NCBI GenBank assembly: GCA_033442325.1
Contig: JAWQFM010000004.1
Span: 2,454,199-2,518,198 of the forward strand
Source of the DNA: Salpingoeca rosetta
Taxonomy: Eukaryota > Protista > Choanoflagellata
Length of the DNA stretch: 64,000 bases
Reading direction: 5' to 3'
A program made the translations under genes and the position numbers. Shown in pieces: positions 1-19,500 of this stretch. The notes under the pieces were generated by a model. It did no database searches, was not told the origin of the DNA, and worked only from the letters and a program-made list of their open reading frames with translations. Within the stretch, counting starts at the first letter, position 1; the number at the start of each line of letters is the position of its first letter.

Positions 1-6936
<6,936 letters not shown>

Positions 6937-7456
6937 GATGCAAGCTCAACAAGCGTGGGCAGAGACAGAGACGGTGCGACAGGGAGACAGAGAGACACAG
7001 CGAGAGAGAGGGAGAGAAGAGAAGAGAACGAATGCGGATATTGGTACGATCCGTGTACTCGAAACACAACAATTGAACAAATGACCGTTTGCACCAACGA
7101 GCGATGTGCGATGTGATGTGTGACGACGACGGCGGCGGCAGCCAGTCAAAGAAACAGTGTGAGATGAAGAGGGTTTGGGCTGCAATCGCTGCAGTGTCAC
7201 GCTTCACTTCACTTCACTGCACGTTGTGCGGGAGTGAACAAAGGGGCGCTGTTTGGCTGTGTGTGCGCGTGCTGCTGGTGTGATGCGCGTGGTGGTGGGT
7301 TGTGTGGTGTTGCGCACACACAGAAGAAGGAGCAAAAACAGCACACACAAAACGTGCAGCGCGTAGCCCCAATTTATGCTGTCAGAATGGACCCTTGCTT
7401 GAGTTTGTCTGTGCGAGTGCGATCATTTCAACGAACAACGACAAACTGTTGTGGGG

Positions 7457-7922
7457 ATGGAGCCGCGGGTTGAAGTGGGGTTCGACACGCGAGCGTGTGA
7501 CACGTTTGCAGGGTACAAGCTGAGGAGTGGCGAGCAAGTGCACCGGCATCATGGCCATGCTGAGGGTGCCGGCGACAAAGGGCAGCAGGCAGCAAGCGCG
7601 GTGGTGGTGGTTGATGAGCACGACTTGCCGCCAGATGTCCAAGTCTTTTCCCCATCCATGACTTCGTCATCCTCATCAACAGGCAGAGCTGCAGTGACCT
7701 CGCTGTCGCGTGCAGCAATGACGGCTCAAGGACGACACAACGCCGTGCTGTGGCACGACTCCCATCACATGCTCTTCGTGTCTGCAGACTACAAGCTCAG
7801 AGCAGTCCACGTAAGGACAGGAAGCTGTGTTGCGTGTGTGTGTGTGTGTGTGTGGGTGTGTGTATGTGTGTGTCGTCCGTTTTCTTGCACGCCAGTGGTT
7901 TCGAGTGCCTTCCTCATCCTAC

Positions 7923-7980
<58 letters not shown>

Positions 7981-8303
7981 GACGAAGGGATATTTTCATG
8001 CACTGTTCTTTTTGATTGCGTGCATCATCCTCACCATGCGGTTGTTGGTGTGGTTCACTCAGTGGGACAGTATGGACGTGGTCGCGGTCGCTGATCTCAA
8101 CACAAGCCAAGAAACACGGCCCAACACACACTGGTGCCCCAGTGTTGCTGCCACCAATGATTATGTGTTTTGCACGACACCAACCAACGCATGCATCGTA
8201 CTGCGCAGGTAACAGAGAGAGTGTGCGTGTGTGTATGTGTATGTTTGTGCGTGTCTGCGTGTGTGTGTGTGTGTGCGTGTCTGCGTGTCTGCGTGTATGT
8301 GTG

Positions 8304-8344
<41 letters not shown>

Positions 8345-9105
8345 CGTGTTATGCGCCTCTCGCTTGTTGGCGCTGCCGCTGCCGCTGCCTCTGCCTGTTT
8401 TGTGCTGCATACAACTACGCCGACGATTCTCACACGTGCCCGCCCATGCAGGGAGACGGACACCCATCCGGGATCCTGGACACCCCTGTACAACTTCGAG
8501 CTGCCGGTGCCCAGCCTTGGCTCACGCATTGTGGTGCTTCGCTCCTTGTCGCAGCTGGGCCCCACCACCTTTCGCCTGGCAGTCACGTGCACAGAACAGC
8601 CGGAGCAAGGCGCGGTGGAGCGCGTGCAAGTCATGGTGCTGGATGTGCGCTGGAAAGGCGACAGCAACGCCCTCGACATCACCGCCGTCTTCGCGTGCCC
8701 AACAGACGAGTGGCCACGCATGGTCAACCTGGTGTCGCACGTCAGTGCAGAGGCTGGTACGCAAGCGCCACGCTCAGCCCCGCTGTCTGCATCCCGCGGC
8801 AGCTGTTTTCTCGTGTTTGATACATCACCAGCACACGCAGCTGCGCTGGCCTCGACAGCAGTGGCAACAACAGCACCATCCTCAACACCATCCTCAACAG
8901 CATCACGACACCAGCCAGCCGGTGAGCAGTCAACGGCCGACACGGACGTGCACAAGGCCCTGGCGCCTGTGACAACGCACCAGCCAGAGCAGACAGCCAT
9001 GCTCTGGGATGACGATGAGCTCGCTGCCGGGGATGATGAGCTGGAGATGGGCGATGAACGCGACGTCGTCGCGCTGCTGCTTCCACCGTCACAACACACG
9101 CCCAC

Positions 9106-9202
<97 letters not shown>

Positions 9203-9694
9203 ACCAGTACCAGCGATATGGATGTTGGCGATCGTCATGATCAACCCGAGGCAGGGCAGGGTGGCCCGTCACTATCGCCAGCACTGTCGTCGCGGGTGTT
9301 GTCGCTACGAGGGCACCGCATCCTGTATGAGGACGAGCACGCTGGTCGGCTGTATGCACAGGACGACGTCCACGTGGCTGTGCTGCAGTTTGGTGTGGAG
9401 GAGATGCAAGGCGGTGTGCAGTTGCGGCAGACTGCCACAGTGCCCGCATTCGCGTACGTGCTGGCGTCGAAGCAACAACGGCAGTTTGTGGTGACAAGTG
9501 GCATGGATGCACCCTTTTCGGCAGTCGTGGATGCCATGGGCAATGTTGTCGTGTACACACGCCAAGGCGACATGTACGTGATCGACACGCGTGATGCCTC
9601 TCGTGTGCTTGGGGTTGCCGTGCACGATGATGCTAACTCACTGGTTGTGCTCCGGCAAGCTTCCATCGCCGTTTGCTCTGTTCCTTCTTCGACA

Positions 9695-9697
<3 letters not shown>
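7457..9697 (+). CDS. NUDCD1: NudC domain-containing protein 1 homologue (3 exons: 7457-7810, 8063-8208, 8452-9697)
   Basis: N-terminal DTFAGYKL resembles NUDCD1 DPRFEGYKL. C-terminal QDDVHVAV...TATVPAFAYVLASKQQRQF resembles RHDVDALL...IATFNALGYVQASKRDKKF. Splice phases are consistent. Confidence 0.8.
9107..9199 (+). repeat. (CAA)31 coding polyglutamine tract in NUDCD1 exon 3
   Basis: Perfect CAA repeat in frame in ORF 8231..9697. Confidence 0.9.
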
Positions 9698-9744
<47 letters not shown>

Positions 9745-9768
9745 CGTGTGTTTGTGTGTGTGCAGTGC

Positions 9769-9859
<91 letters not shown>

Positions 9860-10068
9860 GCAAAGCAACGCAAAAGACAAGCAACAAGAGGGAAGAGGGG
9901 AGATGAGCCAACACGCGCCACCACCTCTTCACCCCACGAAGTCGAAGCAAGCAAAGAAGAAGAACAAGAAGTAAACCGAATCAAGCCAAGCCAAGAGAGA
10001 GGAGAGAGGGAAGTGAAGGAGAGACAGCAAGCACAACAGCAGCCACAGCACCCCATACGAGGAAAAAG

Positions 10069-10080
10069 AAAAAAAAAAAA
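10069..10080 (-). terminator. RNA polymerase III oligo(T) terminator of the 5S gene
   Basis: A12 on + strand (T12 on -), a few bases downstream of the 5S 3' end. Confidence 0.8.
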
Positions 10081-10086
10081 GGAAGA

Positions 10087-10204
10087 GAGCAACATCACCC
10101 GTGATTCCCGCCTGGTCACCCACGGCAGTACTGAACGGGCCCAAACGGGCTTAGCTTCCGCGATCGGACGAGAGCGGGCGTGATCCCGTTGGTATGAACG
10201 TTGC
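10087..10204 (-). rRNA. 5S ribosomal RNA
   Basis: Reverse complement reads GCAACGTTCATACCAACGGGATCACGCCCGCTCTCGTCCGATCGCGGAAGCTAAGCCCG...AGTACTGCCGTGGGTGACCAGGCGGGAATCACGGGTGATGTTGC. About 118 nt, 5'/3' helix I (GCAAC/GTTGC), CCGATC, A box AGCTAAGC, C box GTGGGTGACC, followed by a T-run. Confidence 0.96.
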
Positions 10205-10527
10205 CGACAACAGTGCAAGACAAGCCATTTATCAAGGCAGAGCCAGCAAGCAGCAAGCAAGAAGAGGAAGAGGAAAATCCCACACACACCAAAAAACCAG
10301 CAGCAGCAAGCAGAAACGAGCAAACAACCGATTCTGCTTTCCAACCAACCAATCCACTCGCCGTTGCTTCATTCTTCTTCTTCTGCGCAGCAGCTGGTGT
10401 GTGTGTGATGGTGGTGGTGATGGGAATGGTGATGGTGATCATGGTCGTCGTCGCTGCTGACAGGCAGGTGAGGGTGAGGTGAAGTGAGTGTGAGGCGGGG
10501 TGAGGTGAGGATGTGTCATTGGTTCGT

Positions 10528-10563
<36 letters not shown>

Positions 10564-11525
10564 TGGTTGTTGTGCGTGCCACGTTCCTTCCTTCCTTCCC
10601 TTCCTTCCCCTTCCCTTTCCTTCGTCGTCGTCGCTGACGCATTCACACGCACACACGCACATGCACACACACATGTGTGCAGGAAGGGTGTGCGCACCGT
10701 CTCTCTTCTTCCTTCTCCCTTCCATCCATCCTTCCATCCATCCATCGTTGTCCATTTTCTTCTCCTGTGATGAACTACACACAACCAACCAACCAACCAG
10801 CGACCACATGGATGACCCATCCATTGGCAGGTGAGGGTGAGATTGAGTGCTCCCACTTCTTCCTCCTCCCACTCCGTGCCCCTCCTCTTCCCCTTCTTTT
10901 CCTTGCACACTGCGCACAGCAACAACAACCAACAACACCACCAACAACAACACAGCGCACGCTGTCATGGTGCGCACACATGTGTGGACCACCATCAATC
11001 CATCCATGGGTGGTTGGATCACAACCAACACACACCACTGCGTGTGACACACACAAATGCACACACACACACACACTCACTTGCTCACCGTTGTGTGGTG
11101 ACAGAACAGTTGCCATCACCCACCGTCATACAGCAGGCGACCCTGAGAATGGATTATGCTTCCTCTCAACCAGTGAGCAGCACACACATGAGAGAGAGGG
11201 GGAAATGACATCAACCAACGTCACAGCCAATGTGTGTGTGTGTGTGTGCGTGTGTGTGCACGGGGGTTGTGTTTCTGCTCATCCTCATCCTCCTGCTTTC
11301 TCCTCCTTCTGTCTGTGCCACGCTGCTCACTGCTGTTGTTTGCTTGTTTGTTTGTGTGTGGTGCGTGCAGATGAATGTTTTCCATCATCATCATCAGCAG
11401 CAGCAGCAGCAGTAGCAGCAGGTGGTGGCTGATGCGTGAGCCAGTGGGCAACTCCCACCAACCAGCCTACAATGACTACATGCTGACGGATGAATGGTGA
11501 TCGAACCACTGCTTTACCCAGACAG

Positions 11526-11572
<47 letters not shown>

Positions 11573-13483
11573 TATGTGTGTGTTCTCTTCTCCACCCACC
11601 CACACGCCATCATCACCACCTCGCATTTTCTTGTGTGTTGCTCACGTCCTTCCCTTCCCACCCTCAACACCACTATCACCTTCCTGTTGCTCTCGCCCCA
11701 CAGAGGGCCCTTGAACCAGCAGCTGTCACCCCCTCCTGCACCAACCACCACTGCTCTGGTGGGATGAACAGACGGGCGCTGCCATGTGATGACCATCCAG
11801 CCACGCTTGTGCGGCTGTGGACCACAACACAAACAAGCAAGCGATGAGCAACGTGAGTGCATCACTGCACATATGTGTGTGATGTGCACAGCGGCAGCAT
11901 CACTGCGCGTGTTTTGTGGTCGCTGTCTCTGCTGCTCCTGTCTCCCCTTGTTGTCCCACATCAATGTGCATGCATGTGTGTCGTGCGGCTGCCTGTATTG
12001 CCTTGCTTGATGCGCTGTCTCATTCTTCGTTCTCACACACGACTGCTTGCACACCTGCACATTCTCCACCTTGCAGCTGCTGCTTATATTCCCCTCTCTT
12101 TCTCGCCCTCCCTGGCGGCCATCACAACAACAACAACAACAGCAGCAGCAGCCAACACCCCCTCCACCGCCGATGCACCAGCAAGCAGCAGCAGCGCCAG
12201 CATCACTTGCTGCTGAACACATCCCTCCAACCAACCAACCAACCAACCAACCAGCCCATCGCCCGCTGCTGCATGCAGAAGCTGGCTGTTTGCTGGTGGC
12301 AACAGGTGGCGACAGCACAAGTTGCATTTTCGGCGGGCAGCAGCAGCAAGCAGAGGTGAGGGTGAGAAGCAGAGGGGAAACGGAGAGGATATGTGTGTTG
12401 GATGGATGGATGGATGGATGGATGGAATGAGGTGGGGTGGGGGATGCTGGGTGTGGTGTGGTGTGGTGTGGCTGGTGACAGAGGATGGTGGTGTGTGGTG
12501 GTGTGAGGAAGAGGGATGGATGGAATGGATGGGGTGCCGCATGTCTTGTTTCTTCCCTCCCTTCTGTTTTCTGTTTTCTCTCTCTTCCCTTTCTTCTCTC
12601 CTTCACACACATGCATGCACAACACCAGCAGTGGCAGCAGTGTAGCTGCGCACATATTCATGCTCCCTCTTCCCTCCCACTCACTCACTCACCATGCTGG
12701 TGCTCGCACACAACCACACTTACAGGCGATGTACACGCAAAGGCAGGATGAGGGAAATGTCGAGGCTACTTGTCACGCATGCCGGCTGCACTCGCCTCAC
12801 GCATGGTATGTGGGTGGTGATGGGTGGTTGTTTGTGTGTGTGTGATGGAGTGTGGTGGCGGTGATGGGGTGCGGTGAAGCGAAGCGGGAAAGAGGGTTCA
12901 TGGAGGATGATGGTCACGCACACTGACACGCACGCACACACGCACGCACACACTTGTGAATGTGATGTCAATCACTCTTTCTGCTGTGCTGACGTGATGG
13001 CTTGCTCTGTGCCTGTTGTGTTGTGTTCCCATCCACGTTCCCTGCACCCATGCACACGCACACACGCACGCACAGGTGGTGAGGTACCAGCACACATCAG
13101 GATGTTGATGGAAGTGGGCTCGCATGCCGGCTGCTGCTGCTGCAACCACCCCGATTCAGCTGTCGCTGCTGTGCTCATGCAGTGTTCCCATATGCGTGAG
13201 CAAGGTGAGCCCATCATGCATGCTTTGGTTGGCGCATGGTGCATGTGTTGGCGTTGGTGTTGCTGCTGTGGGTGCTTGCTGCTGCTGCTGCTGTACCTCG
13301 TGCACCAGTGTAGCTGTGCAGCTCACATGTCGCGTATGCTTGTGGCTGCAAGGGGGGCGACTGTGTGAGGATCGTTGGAGGATGATGGGCGGTGCACGCA
13401 TGATGGATTGGGAGGAGCAGCTGTGGACACACACCTCCATGGTCATGGTGGGCACATCCAACCACAGCGACGCAGCTATGCGC

Positions 13484-13550
<67 letters not shown>

Positions 13551-16500
13551 GTGGGGTGAGGGGGGAAAGCAGAGGAGGGACAGGAAGGTGAGCACGTGTG
13601 CTGTGCTCACATGCCATACCCGTACCTCGTGTGTGATGATGTCGTTGTGTCTTGTCGTTGTGCGTTGGTTGCATGGGTACCAGGGCCACATCAGAGGAGG
13701 AGAAAGCAGCCACCATGAACCACGCATCATCATCATCAACCCTTCCCCCATTTCTCTCTCCTTTTTCTCTCTTCCACCTCAGCTCCACTGTCACCGCCAT
13801 CACCGCCATCATCATCGCCATCGACCGCACAGCCGCCATCACACTCCGGCCGACACCAGCCCCAATCTGGCGTGAGGCAGACATTGCACATGTCAGTCGT
13901 TCTCATGAAGAGGTGAGCAATGTGTGTGTGTGTGTGGGTGGTGGTGAGCGGGAACAACATGTGTGCGTGTGGTTGTGGTGGTTGGATGGGGCTGGCGTGT
14001 GGTTGATGATGCTTCGCTGTCAACCTCATCCCCCTGCATTCTCTCCCATCTTGTGTGCGTGCACACACAATTCGCAGCGTTGAAGAGGCGTATGAAGCGG
14101 TGGAACCAACGACGATGACGATGACGAGTGATGAAGGTGAGAGGGCGACTGAGATGTGTGTGTGTGTGTGGTTGACATGTTGTGTTTCATTCTTCTCCTT
14201 CCTCTTTCCTTGTCTGTTCTGTCCACTCATGTGTCTTTCTTTTTCCCCCTTTTTTTTCGATTGATTTGGACACAGGGTCATGCATCCCGCTTCCATCCAA
14301 CCAACCGACCAAGCAGCCAAGCGAGCGAGCAAAGGACACGGCGTGGCAAGGGGCCGTTTTTTTCACCGTTTCCACCACCAGCAACACCAGCAACAGCTGA
14401 TGTGTGGCTGCATTGTGGATGAACGGGCCATCTGTCTATCGTCGATCTCCACCTCCCTCGTCGTCGTCACTGGTCCCCAACAGCAGCGGCTGCGGCCATG
14501 GATGTGGAGGTGAGATGAATGGCGGTGGTTGTGGTGATGATGTGGGTGTGTGATGTGTTGGGTGTGAACATCAGCATGTATGTGTGTGGTTGATTGTGAA
14601 GGCTCGGGTGGATGTCGTTGGGTCTGTTGGTGGTGGCAATGGATGTTGTTGTCGTTGAAAGCCGGATTCTGTGACAACTCACCTCTTTCTCCACACGCAC
14701 ACACGTACAGGGTGTGATGTGCGTCGATGTGCTGTTGCCTCGCATGACGACGATGATGACGGTGGTGAGTGGTTTGTGGTGGATGTGGACGGCGCACGCA
14801 CACACGCATGCGCAGGTGTGCTGCTTGTGATCGTGGTGGTGTGTCTGTGGACATGTGACATGTGCGTGCACAGGTGATGATGTGGAAGATGTGAATGTGG
14901 CAGAGGAGGTGGATGTTGTTTGTTTCTGCCATGCTGGCTCACTGCGTCATGTCATTCTTGCTGTTTTGGTTGTTTGTGCTTGCGCATGTGTACATGTGTG
15001 CGATTTTGCACAGCACGGTGGCCGTTCTCTTCCCAAGCCCTCATGACACGAGCAGGGCGATACACGCACACACAAATGTGCGAGAAAAGAAGGCACCAGG
15101 TGAGACACTGGGGCTGTGTGTGTGTGTGTGTGGTGATGGGGTGGTAGTACACATACGCACGCACGCATGTACACATGTATGCCAATACGCCAGAGCAGAC
15201 ATTGGCTGTGGGTGGTTGCACTGACGTGTGTCTCACATGAATCAATCACACAACCCAAATGTGCATGTGTGCGTGTGTGCAGGCGGGTGTGTGCAGGGTT
15301 TCCCCAACCGAATCCCCTTCCCCTTGTCCCAACCAATTGCCTTTGCTCTGTGTTATCATCATCATCAGCCTTCCCCATGTGATGTGGCGCTGTTGAGGCG
15401 TGCTCGAGACAGCGGCCAACACAGGTATTGCAGCAATGGTGGATGTGGTGCATGTGGTGGTGTTTTGTGCTTGCTTGCTTGCTTGTTGGGTGCTTGCTTC
15501 GTTGTTCTTGTGTGTAGGTGATGCACCCCGCCCACAACATGCTGCATATTCCCATGCGTGGTCCCTTGTGTCCCACCTTTCCCGTCCTCAACATCACCGG
15601 TCATTGTTGTTCGTCTCTGGTTGGTTTCTCCTTGCTTCACAGGCACGCAGGGCAGGCTGGCTCGCTGCTGCTGGTGCTGCTGCTGTGATGATGGCCGTGC
15701 GTGTGCCTGTGTGCTGTGCACGGTGTTTGGGGCTGCACCGATGAAGACAAGGAAGGACACGGCCCGTGCCCACCACTCTTCCCCCTTCGTCCTCTTTCTG
15801 CTCCATCAGCGATGACGATGGTGGCCGTGGCACGTGATTGCGCTCGCCTCGTTCTGGCTTCGCTGTGGCACATTGGCTGGCTGGCTGGCTACATCAAGCA
15901 CAGGTGAGGATGATCGTTGGCGGTTGATTGGTTGGTGGGCTGTGTTGTGTGGAGTGGTGGGAGGCAGGGGAAGCAGGGAAGTGACACGGTGATGGTGGTG
16001 ATTGGGCGACGTGGGAGTGCAGAGCGAAAGGAGGGAGGTGAGGGGAAGTGATGGGAGGGCGATGATGTTGGTTGGGGGATGAGGGGTGCGTGTGCACGTG
16101 CACGTGAATCGTGTGATGGTGGTATCACAGGACAGTGACACACATATCAGTGGCTCATTCCTTTTGCTTGCACCTGTGTGCTTGTGATTGTGTGGTTGTA
16201 ATGATGACTGCAGCAGGCAACACACGGCGGTGGATGCCGGATTGGATTGGCTGGGGTAGACTGGCCGTCGTGTCGTGTCGCCCACTTCTCTCTCCGTTGC
16301 TCATTTCAACTGGGAACACACACGGCCGTGTGTGCGTGTGTGCGTGTGCATCGCCATCAACCACACCGACAGCGACACGATGCACGAGGTGAGGGCACGC
16401 AATGCTGTGTGTGTGTGCGTGTGTTTGGTGGAAGGGGGTTGAAGGGAAGTGGGGAGGAAGGCGTTCATCATGGCCACCATCACCACCACGGCTGTGCACC

Positions 16501-19500
16501 TGGTCATGTGACCGTGCATTTGGGGGATGGAGATGGGGAGAGATGCTGTCATTGTCGTTGTCGTTGTGGTGGTTGTGGTTGCATTGCTGTGTATGCGTGT
16601 GCATGGTGCACCGTCTCACTCTGCAATGCCATGTCTGACTGTGTGTGTGTGTGTGTGACTGCAGATGTGCGTGTGCGCATATGTCGGGCAGATGCGTTGA
16701 TCGACGACGAGGTGTGTGTGATTGCGTGTGTGGTTGACCTTTGTGTCCTTGTGCCATCAGACAACGCACAACACCAAGCACACATCATCACCATTGCACG
16801 CCCATGTGTCGTTGTCGTCGACTCACGCATGACATGCTCACATCCACCGCCCTTCCCTTGCTTCTTCTCCTTCTTCCTCCTCCCTGCTGCTGCCACCCCT
16901 TCCACTGTTTCCCTCCACTTCCTTTTCACACACGCAGAGAGGAACCCATCCACGTCCAACACCCATATCCACGCATGGACACGCCATGGCGAGCTGTGCC
17001 ACCTCAACCAACCCAACCCATCCCAGGCCAAGGAAAGGGAGGAGGGGAAGCAAGGACAGAAGACGTGGGGCTCCCAACAGATGTGTGTGCGTGTGTGTGT
17101 TGATGGACGGTGTTCTCCTTCCCCCCTCCATCGCCTCGCCCCTTCCTTCCATGGCGATCTGGCTGGGCGGCTGTTGCCGCCTCCCCTTGTTTGTTTTCTC
17201 TTCCATCCCTTTGTGGCTGTTGGTTGTCTGTTGTGACTGTGAGGAGAAGGAGGGAGAGGAAGCGGAGAAGAGGAGAGGGGATGCATGCTGTCCACAATTG
17301 TGTGTGTGTTTGTGTCTTCTTTTTCCATCCCCCCTCTCTTCTCCCCCTTCTCTTCTCCCCTCCTCAGCCTGCAAGGCCTGTGAGCCTGCGTTGCATTCAC
17401 ACACAGTGCTGTTCCCCTTCTTCTTCTGCTTCTTCTTCTTCTTGTCTCATCGAAACCAACCAACCAACCAAGCAAGCAACCAAGCAAGTCCGCCCTGCAA
17501 CAAACAAGCAAACAGCAGTTGCCGCACAAACGCAGCAGTGGGCGATTATTTGTGGCATCTTCCACAAATCGCCCAGACACGAACCAACAAGACCAAACAC
17601 AAACAAGCAACAAGCAGCAAGCAAGAAGGTGCGTGTGTTGTGTGTTTGAGTGGAGGGGGTGGCTTGCGTTGTTCGTGTGCGTGGCTGACGCAGGGTTGGT
17701 GGAGAGGAGGGAGAGGGTGCGCGTTGTGACGGGCACTCACGGGCGGTTCTGTTGTGGGTGGTTTCGTTTGGTTCCGTGGATTGTGTGGGGTGTGCTGGAT
17801 GATGGTGTGATGGTGCGCAGGTGCAAGCAGAGAACACGCACAGCACTGCCCACACCATGGATGTGTGCACGGCCAAAGGCATGCAAGGCCTTGCCCATGG
17901 TCGGTGAGGCTGACATATGTGCTGCACAGGCCCATGGCACGCTGGCACTGTGAGTTTGGGTGAGTTCTGTCAATTCGTTTGACTGCTGTGTGTGTGTGTG
18001 ATTGTGTGTGAAGGAGGGAGAGGTGGGACGTGGCTGTGTGTTGTGATCTCACGCACTCCCTGCTGCTGTGGATGCATTTGGCCCTCGCAGACAGAAAGGG
18101 ATGATGGACTGCATCGACCCGCACACACATGTGTGTGAACACACACACACATACACACGCTGACAGGCAGTCTGATGCCTACCTCACGGTGCGTTGCACT
18201 TGCATGTGCGTGTGACTGTGACTGCGTGCATGTCGTTCATGCTGTGTCTGCTTGTGATTCACACTGTGTGTATGTGTGTGTGTTGTGGCTGCTTGCTTCC
18301 CTCTGTCTCACACACGTGCGTGTGTGTATGGATGGTGACACGCACAGACACACACAGTGAGTGAGTGTGCAGACACACATGCCCACACAGACAAGACAGG
18401 CAAGCACAGCAGGGCATTCACTTCTCTCTCCCTCTCCCTCTCCCCCTCTCCCTCTCCTGCTGCCACCACCGCTAGTGCATGGATGGAACCAGTGAATGCA
18501 TGGCGTGCTGGATGATGCTGGCTGGCTGATGTCCTTCCCTTGGTGCGTGTGTGTGTGTGTGTGTGTTGCGCTACTGCTTGCTCTTGTTCCCCCCTGTTTG
18601 TGTCTGTTGTGTCTGCTGTGCGCTGCTGCTTCGCTGTGTCTCTGTGTGTGTTCACCACAACCACGTCGTATGTGCCCATCACCATCATCTGTGCTCACGC
18701 ACCGCCCCATCTCCCTTTCTTCTTCTTCTGCTCCCTTCCCTCTTCCCTCTTTGTCATCCTCACACGCACATGCACACAAACACATGGACGCCTGTGCAGG
18801 GGGAAGTGCAGGCTGTTTGTTGGAACCCATGGCAAGGCACGCACAACCAAGCAAGGACACACGAGCAAGCATGGACACAGGACAAGCAAGCAAGACGTGG
18901 GGCTGCCATTGACCACGCACCTCGTTGGAGAAGGAGGGGAGCGTGAGCGGGTGGCGTTGATTGTGTTGTGTTGTGTCGTGTTGTTCTTGACAGCGTGCAC
19001 GTCTCTCTCCTTGTATGCTTCTTCCTTCCTCCCTCCCTTTCCCTTTCTCTGTTCTCTCTCTCTTCTCTCTTGCCACAGCATGCACACTGCTGCTGCTGCT
19101 GTTGTTGTTTTTGTTGGCTGAAGGCAATGATGGCGGTTGATGGGGGAGTGAAGCGGTGTGACGCTGCATGGAGCTGTCGCTTGCCGTGTGTGTGTGTGTT
19201 GCTTGCAGTTGATATGGGGATGTTTTCTCGCTTGTTCTTGCCACGTGTATGTGTGTATGTGTGCGTGTGTGTTCGCTTGCTGTCGTGTTGCTGAAGTGGA
19301 ATGGAAATATACAATGCAACACGCATGTGCAGCCGTGTGTATCGTGTGATGCTGCTGCTGGTGGTGGATGGTTGTGGATGGTTGCAGTGCAGTCAACACA
19401 ATGTGTGTGTATGATGTGATGTGAATTGGGTTGGTGGTGAGCTGGGTGTGTGGCTGTGGAGTGGGTGTTGCATGCAGGTGANNNNNNNNNNNNNNNNNNN

